In this document: piece by piece, positions 8,681-17,437 of the stretch
How the letters are laid out: every line of letters starts with the position of its first letter
Position numbering within the stretch: the first letter of the stretch is position 1
Assembly (NCBI GenBank): GCA_020854115.1
Contig: JADZGC010000017.1
Location: forward strand, 1 to 61,574
Direction: 5' to 3'
DNA length: 61,574 nucleotides
Source: a bacterium
GTDB lineage: Bacteria > Patescibacteriota > Saccharimonadia > CAILAD01 > GCA-016700035
The notes under the pieces: generated by a model
What the model saw: only the letters and a program-made list of their open reading frames with translations
Told to the model about the DNA's origin: nothing
The model's database searches: none
Position numbers and translations under genes: made by a program

Positions 8681-8853
8681 GGCAAACCAAAATATTTTTC
8701 GAATTCAATTAAAAAGAAAAAGCCACCCGCCGAAATTCAAAACAATCATGAAGAAAAATCTTTTGGTTTGGGCCGCTGGCTATGCCAGCGGACGAGCCGC
8801 AGGGCGGGATTTAATTATCTTGCTCGAAAAAGGTTCGAGCTTCGTTCAATATC
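8681..8853. repeat. Right copy of the 173-nt inverted repeat (IR-R)
   Basis: Reverse complement of 4191-4363. This copy contains a perfect CCGCTGGC-TAT-GCCAGCGG hairpin; the left copy has one mismatch there. Confidence 0.9.
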
Positions 8854-8931
8854 TCCTGCCATACAGAACTTTCAACATATAGCCAATGTTTATATAAGTA
8901 TTGATTAGTTTTGTTCGTGGATACCCTGTAG

Positions 8932-10176
8932 CTATTCGTCTCGCAATGAGTCTACAGGAGATATACTTGCTGCTCGTTTCGCTGGAAAAATTGCGATAAC
9001 CACACCTATAAACGTCATAAATAGAATACTGAGAAGAGGTAGCCACCAAGGAGAAGAAACGACGGAGAAGCGCTCTGTGATGCCGCGGCCCGAAGATATC
9101 CCGTTCATGACTACATTTAACACAATACCCATAAGAGTTGATAGCGCGATACCAAAGATTGCGCCAATAAAGGACAATAATATACTCTCGTAGAGGAATA
9201 GTCGCATAATATCACGGTTTCTGACCCCCAGGGTAAGCATCAGGCTTATTTCCTTTGTTCGTTCAAGCAAGGCGACAGTCAGGGTATTGAACATGCCCAA
9301 AATAGCGATAAACATTCCGATTGCTCCAAACAGAACCAAACCGGCATTTACATATTTGAATAGTTGTTGAATCTGCGCAATGGTGTCAAGCGGTGATGTG
9401 GTTTCTAGGCCTAGTGCTTCAATATTTTTGCGAACATCATCGATTTTGTCAGTAGAATTTACCTGAAGTTTCAACTGCGTGTATTTATCTACTTCGGCTT
9501 TGGCAAAAATAGACGATTGGACAAAGAGTTCGCTGCTACTTTCGTTATTTGTAACACCTACGATCGTTACATCTTCTTGAATTTTTTTTGGCTTGTTGGC
9601 TTCTGCGTCAATCTGCAAAGCTAGGTTCATTTGTTGTCCGATAATATCATCAGCATTTTTGTTGATTGTACGGAGAGCAGCTGCACTGATGATGGCTTGG
9701 CTGCCGGGATTGGCTGATTCAAACCACTTGCCCTTAGACATATGTATCTCTGTTAAATCCTTGTAGGCATTGTCTACTCCATAGACTACTAAGTCGCTAG
9801 AATTCGAATCTGATTTTATTGTTCCTACACCCGTACTTATGCGTGATACAGAGTCTACATTGGCTATATTTGCTAATTGATTAGCGGTTTTATCGTTTAA
9901 TTTTATGATCTCAGAATTGGGTGTTGTGACGTCAACAATCTTTACCGAGCTATTCCCTACAATCTGTTGGGTCACGAGATTTTGTAGGCCAAGCCCTAAT
10001 GTGAGTAAGAAGTGAATAGCCCCAACCCCAACCATAACGCCTATAATTGTGAGTGATGAACGAAGACGTTTGGAGAGCAAATTTCTAGCAGCAATAAAAG
10101 CTATGATTTGTAAGCTCATTGATGTATTTGGTTTGCCCCGAAATAACTTGAGCTTGGAGAGAAGTTTATTATACAT
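8932..10176 (-). CDS. ABC transporter permease, FtsX/MacB type
   Basis: N-terminal TM, then a ~230-aa extracytoplasmic domain, then a C-terminal FtsX-like 3-TM block (LLERTKEISLMLTLGVRNRDIMRLFLYESILLSFIGAIFGI). Overlaps the ATPase gene by 8 nt. Confidence 0.8.
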   Translation of the reverse strand: MYNKLLSKLKLFRGKPNTSMSLQIIAFIAARNLLSKRLRSSLTIIGVMVGVGAIHFLLTLGLGLQNLVTQQIVGNSSVKIVDVTTPNSEIIKLNDKTANQLANIANVDSVSRISTGVGTIKSDSNSSDLVVYGVDNAYKDLTEIHMSKGKWFESANPGSQAIISAAALRTINKNADDIIGQQMNLALQIDAEANKPKKIQEDVTIVGVTNNESSSELFVQSSIFAKAEVDKYTQLKLQVNSTDKIDDVRKNIEALGLETTSPLDTIAQIQQLFKYVNAGLVLFGAIGMFIAILGMFNTLTVALLERTKEISLMLTLGVRNRDIMRLFLYESILLSFIGAIFGIALSTLMGIVLNVVMNGISSGRGITERFSVVSSPWWLPLLSILFMTFIGVVIAIFPAKRAASISPVDSLRDE

Positions 10177-10957
10177 CAGTTTTGATCCGTCTTAGCTCTT
10201 TGATGCGCTGTTCTGTCTGCTTGAAAATTCTTTCTGCTGTGCTCATATGCTGTTCTTTAGGAATATTGGTAACAACTCCGTCTTGGATATTCAGCAGATT
10301 ATCAGCAAATGAAATGTACTCCAGGTTATGTGTAACAAGAATGATGGTGCGCCTGAATTCTGTTTGGCAGTTGGCGAGTAATTTCATTATCTTGTCTCCA
10401 TTTGCGGAGTCCAGGTTTCCAGTTGGCTCGTCAGCAATGATGAGCAAGGGCTCGTTTACCAATGCTCTACCGAGTGCTACCCGTTGCTGCTCGCCACCAG
10501 AAAGTTTGTGAGGAAATTTTTTAGCATATGGGGTCATGTCAATTCTATTTAGTATTCCATAGATGATTTCATGAGCTTGTTTTTTGGTGTATCCGGTTGC
10601 ATATAAGGGCACAGCTAGATTATCAACAACATTAAGACTCTTTACCCAATAATTAGTTTGGTGAACAAATCCTGCCCGATTTGCTCTATACCTAGCTAGC
10701 CTATCAGCGTCTAGATCGTACAAGTTTTGATTTTGCACATAAACCGCTCCAGTTGACGGCTTCTGTAAACCGCCCAAAACATTTAGAAGTGTTGATTTAC
10801 CGCTACCCGATGCACCATATATAATATTGAAGCTATTTGCTCTTAGGCTAAAACTGACATTTGTGAGTGCGCGAACATCCGCATCACCAACCAGAAAATC
10901 TACTGATACATTTTCTACTCTGACGATTTCACTTTGGTCTTGTATATTTTTCCGCAT
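10169..10957 (-). CDS. ABC transporter ATP-binding protein (MacB/LolD-like)
   Basis: Walker A GASGSGKSTLLNVLGG, signature LSGGEQQRVALGRAL, Walker B LLIIADEPTGNLD. Starts 2 nt after the giant ORF stop. Confidence 0.9.
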   Translation of the reverse strand: MRKNIQDQSEIVRVENVSVDFLVGDADVRALTNVSFSLRANSFNIIYGASGSGKSTLLNVLGGLQKPSTGAVYVQNQNLYDLDADRLARYRANRAGFVHQTNYWVKSLNVVDNLAVPLYATGYTKKQAHEIIYGILNRIDMTPYAKKFPHKLSGGEQQRVALGRALVNEPLLIIADEPTGNLDSANGDKIMKLLANCQTEFRRTIILVTHNLEYISFADNLLNIQDGVVTNIPKEQHMSTAERIFKQTEQRIKELRRIKTDV

Positions 10958-10959
10958 AC

Positions 10960-13900
10960 CTAAAACCCGAATATTCCTCTCAAAGCATTAAGCACTATAG
11001 AGATTATGCTTTCTGATGCCTTCCCAATTATAGCGGACTTAGTTGAGCCTTGTGCTTCATTATTTGATCCATCTCTCGATACTGGTTGCATAGTATACAC
11101 ACTAGAGGTTGACAGATCTGACACAATAACCACATGTTCGGTTGTCAGACTATTTGCCCCACCTGTACGGTTGTTTAAGTTCTGTAGGCTTGCTCCTTGA
11201 CCATAGGCTACTTGACTGGTATCTTGTTCGTCGGTAGTCCAGGAGACAACGGCTTGGCCTCTTGCTTCCACACCTGTGCCTTTGATTGATGCCTCAATTC
11301 GCAGGTTAGAAATCTTTGGTGGTCTGGTATCCAGAGCGGTTTTGAAAGTTTGACGGTCAGATGTTGCAAGATTGCCAGCGACATCACGACTCTCAGCTAT
11401 GAGGAAGTAGTCACTGTTATCTTGGAGATCGTTAATGGTCATTTCGTGTTCGGTAACAAGCTTGCTATTAGCAATAGTCTTGCCTTCAGTTCCATTCTTA
11501 CCATAGTTTACTGTTGACGAGGTAGGGACATTGGTAGTCCAACTCACCAGCTGAGTACTGGTTGGCTGGTCTTTGACAGGTTGGAACTTCAAATTCGAGA
11601 TGGCAGGGCGAGGGGGTGTGGTGAAAGAATATATATCACCGGTATATTCACCGCCTTCGCTGTCGAGCAGAGATATTCGTAGCACATAACTGGCGCCATC
11701 GTCTAAACCATTTAGCTCAACCTGATAGGTAGATTCTGACAGCGAGGTATTTATCTCTGTCTTGCCGCCAAAAGCATCTGTCTTGCCGTAATAGACTAAA
11801 GCTTTGCTGGCATCTTCTGAGGTAAACTGCACAGTTGCACTGTTTAGTGTTGTTTTAATAACCTTAACATTTTTTACTATTGGCGCGGGTGCCGTTGTGA
11901 AACTAATTTCGTTTGATACACCGGTATTTCCGTCTTCGTCGGTCCAACGAGCGACAAAGAAGTAAGTTGTCCCCGCCTTGAGATTATCAAGATCAACAAT
12001 GTGACTAGTTACTTGTGATGAGTTGCTAATTTCCGAAGCAAAGTAGCTACCGCTGCTAGTTCCAATTGCTATCTTACTATCGCTTTCTCGATTTGTAACC
12101 CAGGTTATTTTTGCACGCTTGGTTGTAACTTCGGACACTACAGGATTTGAGAGCATTTCAGCTGGTTCAGTAAACTTCCCTGTCGGGATGATATTGGTGA
12201 CGGTACTGTACGCACCGCAGTTATTAGCGCTATCGCAGGCACTAATTTTGTAATAGTACCTAGTCTGGCTTAATCCACCGTCAACATAACTCAGCCCAGC
12301 AGTGGTAGCAATTTGGGCAAAACTATTGCCGTCGGTAGAGCGCATAACTTTGTAGGTAGCAACCCCAGAGCCCTGATCGACCGGAACTGCCCAGGATAAT
12401 GCAACCTTCCAGTTGCTTGTCGCTTTTGTAGAAACATCAGCAATTTCTACATTAGTCGGCATGCCAGGAGCAGAGGTATTGGCGGTAAAGGTTACGCTAC
12501 TTGCCGTAGCATAGTTAATGTTATTGGCTTCGTCCTTGGCTACTACATAGAAGGTATTATCCCCGGGTTGTGTTGCATATGGACCAGTCGGCAATGACGT
12601 TTGGCCAGCACTTGTGAAGTTACATGTATTTATTGTTGGCAACGTATTAATGGTATAGCAATATTCTAATGACGAAGGCTGGCCTACGAAGCTTGATGGT
12701 TCATCCCAGTCGAAACTAAAGGCGTTGTCTGTATTGCTAACGGGAGAAACTGTTACATTGCGAGGAGATGATGGAGCAGAAGTATTTATCTTGATGACTG
12801 CCGTCGTGTAGGTAGTAGAAAAGTTACCAGCCTGGTCAACGCCTCGGAAGTAGATAATATTGTTCCCTTCTATCAAGTTAGGATAATCATAAGTTGCATC
12901 AGTGCGATAAGATCCATTGTTGGGCAAGATATCACTCGTGTCTTGATTACCGTTATGATTGGCTCCATACCAAATACCCTCACCGCCTATGCGGTACTGA
13001 AGCCCCAGCAGTCCGGAGTGGGCATCGTTTGCAGATTCGCTACCGGTAGTTGGCCAAGTAAGGGTTACATCGCGGGTTGCCAAAAACTGCGATGGAGCAG
13101 AAATAAATCCAGGTGCAGCAGGAGCCGTATTATCAAATTTGAAGCTGAATGTTTCGCTTCCACCAACGAAAACATTATGTGAGTGATCGAGTGCTTTTAT
13201 ATGTAAAAAGTACGGGTCAGTAGACGATGAGAGAGCTGATCCTAGATAGCCAGATACAGCCAAGTCCAATTCGGTCGTAGCTATAGCAAAGGGGCACGTG
13301 CCATCGGTATCCAGCGGACTGCTGCCCAAAATGCCCTTGTCACTTACTGGATCTGCTAGTTCGCTCTGTCCAAGATATAAACAGTAGCCCTTAATGCCGC
13401 TTGCACCTGGATTGCCATCGTCTTGTGCAGGGTCCCAAGTAAAGTCTGGTGTGTTACCCGTTGCCCATCCCTCACTTGGAACTTGTGCACCATTCTTAAT
13501 CTGGTACATTGCGATATTGTCCGCATTTGAGGTAGGAGGATTAATATCGGGGTTAATGGTAACAGTTACACTTTGTAGCGTAATATCTTGTGCTCCATTG
13601 CTTGATAGGAAAGCCTTCCATTTGAACTGGCGAGATCCTATGGGAAATTCCTCGATATGTGCATTTATATCTACTGCCGTATTGTGGTCAGTTGCGCCGG
13701 CAGTTGTCCAAGTAGAACCATTGTAAAAGTACCATGTTGTACCATCATCATTCGATATTTGGTAGTATATTTCCCCGCCATTCTTGCTTGCGTTTTCTGT
13801 AAATGTCTTCCAACTGGCAACTGCAGGAGGATTGAAAGCAATATTTGATGTAATTGTGGGCGAGTCGGTTACTCTACGTTTACCAATGAACGACGCACCG

Positions 13901-16719
13901 CCATCCGTAGTACCAGCAATCATGGTGTTGCTATCAGCTATATGCAGGGCAGAAAATTCGTCACTCGCCAGATCGGGCTTGGTGGTTTTATCTATTACCT
14001 GTCCAACCGTTGGAGAATTTGACGTAGCGCCATCGATCTGTATAATGCGTCCGTCCTCTGTAACACCACTATTCAACAATCCAAAATATTTATTAGAAGA
14101 TGCATCGTAAGCACCTGTTACGATTCCTTCAGGAAACCATTGGGGCATGGTGGTATCAAATAATCGAACTTGGGTTATCGATATATCCCCGTAAGTTAAT
14201 GGTTTTTGGTACTTAATACGAATATGTTGGGCGGTAGTTGTTGGAAATGATATACCATGATTAGGCTTAAAGTAGGTTCCATAGCTTAGAAGTCCATTAG
14301 ACATGTTGTTAGCAGTCGCTAACTGAGTCACTTGACCCTTGTCAAAGTGATCGGCAAACATTTTGAACTCTCTTATTCCCAAACCGTACGTACTAGCACC
14401 GTTAGGGCTAGTGGCGCGTATACGAAAAGCTTTGGCGGTAACATTGTTAAATGTGGAAACTCGCGATAGCTCTGAGTTGTTCGTGACCGTGTCAAGCGTC
14501 TGCGGATTACCGGCCTCGAACATTGTTTTGTAGATTTCGAGTTCTGTTATCGATACCCCAGGTCCGACTTTGCTGGCAGTTATATTTATCCGCAGATACC
14601 TTGCATTGACAGCACTACTGAAAACAATCACTTTCTGAGACTCCGAATTGTTAGTTACTGTATCGGCTGTTATCCAGTTTGAGTTATCATTACTGTATTC
14701 AATAGTGAAATCCTTTGGACCATCGGCGCCGGAAATGAAGGAGATTCCCTTTATAGATTGTTCACTACCCAAGTCGGCACTTAGCCATTGAGGCGTTGAA
14801 GTAGATGGGGTAATGTTGGTGTGCCAAATAGTGTTTGGTGATACATCGAACGCCTGACTAGGGACATACCCCAAATAACTAGACGAGGCATTTGCTGAGC
14901 TTATAGAGAGTTTTTCCGTAGCTTCATCGCTACTTTCAATGAAATAATCTTTAGGGGCATGTGCTTCGTCAGTAAATTGTAAGTCTACCGAACCTACAGA
15001 TGTAGGTGAAGTAAATACTTGCTCGATCGTCTGGCTGGGGTAGGCAGTATAACCAGTAGCAGACCAAAAATATGTGCTTACGTAGTTGTCATTGACCTTG
15101 CTTGCAACATTATCAGGATGGTTTGAATAATAACTACCGAACTTGGATAATGCTGTAGCGCCAGAAGCTATATTGGCTGATGTACCGTGAGTACTTGACT
15201 CCATAGTATAGCCATTAGGCAGGTTACCGCTAAACCACTGCCTGAGGTAATTGAATGTCTTTTGAGACCCTAAGTCATATTCAAGCTCTTGGCTTCTGTC
15301 GCGTAGGTAATAAAGCGAATTATAACTAGTCCAGATAGGGTCAGAATCTAAAGTTGCAGTTTCTATATTTGTTCCGTTGTAATAACGTGCAAAGGCACTT
15401 GCGCTAGATGTGACAGCGCTTCCCCTACTGTCACTTGTAAAGTTCTTCACTGTAGACTGTGATACTGTAGTCCGATTCTCTTGAATTACAGAAAGGCCAT
15501 CATCTGTTTCTACAATAATCGTATTGTCACCCGCGTTTGCCGTAGAAGTGCCCACACCAATGTGTAATCCTCGGTATGTAGCATAGGCGGTAGCCGGCCC
15601 TTTTGTTGCACCGGGAAACCACCCCCTACTATAGTACACATCAACTGCGTTATATGCCCAGTCCGCAGCAATTGTAGTAGCGTTATATTTAACCATAATC
15701 GGCGAATCTGGGTTTAATCCGTTAAAGTCTCGAACGGCATAATATAGGGTGCCGTCGGAAACAATCCTGGTGCCATAAATATAGCCTGCAGATGATTTGT
15801 AAATACCGGGTGTGCCGGTCTCGTCCTTTATAAGGTGAATGTGTGTTTGTGTTCCAACTGCTAGGTATGTCTTTCCACTCAGAACCTCGGCATCTATATC
15901 AAGAACGTTGTTATTCCCTAATGCCGGGCTAGTAGACGTTGTGTAGCGATAGCTACCAAGTGGCGTGTTGTTGCCCAACGAACTAATCTGCCAACGATAT
16001 ATACCACCATTTTTCCCGGCATATAAATAGCCACTTTCAGCTGTAATTGTCGGAAAACCACCACCGGCAGTTATGTAACCAGTTCTTTCCCAGGTATCTT
16101 GGCGCAAGACATCGATACCTAAATCGGTAGATACGAAGTAGTAGGTACTATCGGCCGCCACATCCAAGACCTTGTTGGATTGCAACTTGCCGCCAGCGGC
16201 AGTAAAGTTTTCTATTTTGTCCAATAGACTCAGGCGCAAGTTATTGTTGTTTGGCTCTATCTTGCCATTGTCATAGGTATAATTTGCCGGGTTAGTGAAA
16301 TCCCAGGTGTGAGATGTTTCGATGGCATAAGCCCTCATATTCAAACCCACTACAACTACTAAAGCAAGCAAAACAGCTGCGGTATGCACATGCCCATGGT
16401 GTAATCCTTTCCAATTCCAAGAGTGCCATCTACGATACCAGTCAAGCTTATTCATAAGGTGCATATGTGGACGATGAGCACCATGGTGTCTAGCTTTGGC
16501 GAAGAAAGAGCCGGCAATCTTGACTGGCTTAGTTGTAGTAATCCTACCCGTTAAATACTTCAGTTTTCTGCCAGGTGCAGTAACTGTGCTATAGACCGCG
16601 CTCTGTTTTGTCCTGCCTATGGGAGTATGGGCTTTACGAGTCGACGCAGGCACAGTTCGCCAACTTTTGCTAGCGAGCTTTCGTATCGCAACAATCAATT
16701 TCCATAGTGTTTGTTTCAC
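10960..16719 (-). CDS. Giant (1919 aa) membrane-anchored surface protein with discoidin/F5-8-type-C-like and tandem Fn3-like modules
   Basis: A basic, His/Trp-rich N-terminus is followed by one TM (TAAVLLALVVVVGL). Next come repeat-rich beta regions and galactose-binding-like modules (PQWLSADLGSEQSIKGISFISGADGPKDFTIEYSNDNSNW...ARYLRINIT). The C-terminus has four tandem ~95-aa Fn3/PAP-N-like modules (e.g. TSHIVDLDNLKAGTTYFFVARWTDEDGN). Confidence 0.8.
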   Translation of the reverse strand: MKQTLWKLIVAIRKLASKSWRTVPASTRKAHTPIGRTKQSAVYSTVTAPGRKLKYLTGRITTTKPVKIAGSFFAKARHHGAHRPHMHLMNKLDWYRRWHSWNWKGLHHGHVHTAAVLLALVVVVGLNMRAYAIETSHTWDFTNPANYTYDNGKIEPNNNNLRLSLLDKIENFTAAGGKLQSNKVLDVAADSTYYFVSTDLGIDVLRQDTWERTGYITAGGGFPTITAESGYLYAGKNGGIYRWQISSLGNNTPLGSYRYTTSTSPALGNNNVLDIDAEVLSGKTYLAVGTQTHIHLIKDETGTPGIYKSSAGYIYGTRIVSDGTLYYAVRDFNGLNPDSPIMVKYNATTIAADWAYNAVDVYYSRGWFPGATKGPATAYATYRGLHIGVGTSTANAGDNTIIVETDDGLSVIQENRTTVSQSTVKNFTSDSRGSAVTSSASAFARYYNGTNIETATLDSDPIWTSYNSLYYLRDRSQELEYDLGSQKTFNYLRQWFSGNLPNGYTMESSTHGTSANIASGATALSKFGSYYSNHPDNVASKVNDNYVSTYFWSATGYTAYPSQTIEQVFTSPTSVGSVDLQFTDEAHAPKDYFIESSDEATEKLSISSANASSSYLGYVPSQAFDVSPNTIWHTNITPSTSTPQWLSADLGSEQSIKGISFISGADGPKDFTIEYSNDNSNWITADTVTNNSESQKVIVFSSAVNARYLRINITASKVGPGVSITELEIYKTMFEAGNPQTLDTVTNNSELSRVSTFNNVTAKAFRIRATSPNGASTYGLGIREFKMFADHFDKGQVTQLATANNMSNGLLSYGTYFKPNHGISFPTTTAQHIRIKYQKPLTYGDISITQVRLFDTTMPQWFPEGIVTGAYDASSNKYFGLLNSGVTEDGRIIQIDGATSNSPTVGQVIDKTTKPDLASDEFSALHIADSNTMIAGTTDGGASFIGKRRVTDSPTITSNIAFNPPAVASWKTFTENASKNGGEIYYQISNDDGTTWYFYNGSTWTTAGATDHNTAVDINAHIEEFPIGSRQFKWKAFLSSNGAQDITLQSVTVTINPDINPPTSNADNIAMYQIKNGAQVPSEGWATGNTPDFTWDPAQDDGNPGASGIKGYCLYLGQSELADPVSDKGILGSSPLDTDGTCPFAIATTELDLAVSGYLGSALSSSTDPYFLHIKALDHSHNVFVGGSETFSFKFDNTAPAAPGFISAPSQFLATRDVTLTWPTTGSESANDAHSGLLGLQYRIGGEGIWYGANHNGNQDTSDILPNNGSYRTDATYDYPNLIEGNNIIYFRGVDQAGNFSTTYTTAVIKINTSAPSSPRNVTVSPVSNTDNAFSFDWDEPSSFVGQPSSLEYCYTINTLPTINTCNFTSAGQTSLPTGPYATQPGDNTFYVVAKDEANNINYATASSVTFTANTSAPGMPTNVEIADVSTKATSNWKVALSWAVPVDQGSGVATYKVMRSTDGNSFAQIATTAGLSYVDGGLSQTRYYYKISACDSANNCGAYSTVTNIIPTGKFTEPAEMLSNPVVSEVTTKRAKITWVTNRESDSKIAIGTSSGSYFASEISNSSQVTSHIVDLDNLKAGTTYFFVARWTDEDGNTGVSNEISFTTAPAPIVKNVKVIKTTLNSATVQFTSEDASKALVYYGKTDAFGGKTEINTSLSESTYQVELNGLDDGASYVLRISLLDSEGGEYTGDIYSFTTPPRPAISNLKFQPVKDQPTSTQLVSWTTNVPTSSTVNYGKNGTEGKTIANSKLVTEHEMTINDLQDNSDYFLIAESRDVAGNLATSDRQTFKTALDTRPPKISNLRIEASIKGTGVEARGQAVVSWTTDEQDTSQVAYGQGASLQNLNNRTGGANSLTTEHVVIVSDLSTSSVYTMQPVSRDGSNNEAQGSTKSAIIGKASESIISIVLNALRGIFGF

Positions 16720-17033
16720 CCTATGATTTCCCTACTCCCCGTGCGTGATTAATATAGATATTTTAAGATATTGCTTATGTATGTGCAATTTTTAATTTAA
16801 CGTCGATAATATTTACTATAGAATGCTTCTGGGTAGAATGGTTGTTTTTATGACTACTCAGATTAACAGATAACCGACCGTGGTTATTTAGGGTTGTTTT
16901 TCTACCACAACTTTTCTTAACAACACTTGCCACTAAGCGATTGGCTTTTCTCTAAAGCCTAAATATACCCTTCAAGACACTAAATATGGGGAGTATACTT
17001 TCTGCATGCTTTGCCGATTATGACAGACTCGGC

Positions 17034-17206
17034 TGAGCCTTTGGCTTAGTTATTTGACCCATCTCTCGATACTGGTTGCATAGTGTAGATACTAAAGGTG
17101 AAAGATCTGATACAACAATCACATGTTCGGTTGTCAAATTGCCTGCTCCATCAATAAGATTGTTTAAATCCTGCAAGCCTGCTCCTTGACTATGGGCAAC
17201 CTCGAC
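17034..17206 (-). pseudogene. Remnant of a paralogue of the giant gene's 3' end
   Basis: Aligns by eye, roughly four bases in five, to 11044-11216. The minus-strand translation VAHSQGAGLQDLNNLIDGAGNLTTEHVIVVSDLSP parallels VAYGQGASLQNLNNRTGGANSLTTEHVVIVSDLST of the intact gene. There is no start codon, and an in-frame stop lies just upstream. Confidence 0.6.
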
Positions 17207-17437
17207 AGCAAAACTGGAAGCCTATTCCAGCGATAGCCTGTACATAAAAGTAGTCGCTTCACCATCATCGATGAGAGCGACTTTAATAGGCTGTTTTTAA
17301 TTAACCTCCAAAAGGCTGAATGCCATCATACTATGCATTAGCGCGAACAATGTCCAGCCCCATAGCATGTTTATGCTGTATTTAACTGCTAATTATAGCG
17401 TAAAGTCACTTGCGACTCCGCTACTGGCGATCTTGGA

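Noticed and set aside
8612-8908. Track ORFs 8612..8908(+) and 8646..8882(+)
   Set aside because: These are translations of IR-R and of the GC hairpins after the 519-aa gene. They start at TTG/GTG with no RBS and mirror the spurious left-copy ORFs.
10960-16719. Giant protein as an RTX/T1SS substrate of the adjacent ABC transporter
   Set aside because: There are no Gly-Asp nonapeptide RTX repeats and no C-terminal secretion signal. The ABC pair is MacB/FtsX-type without a fused C39 or T1SS-type permease, and no membrane-fusion or outer-membrane partner is present.
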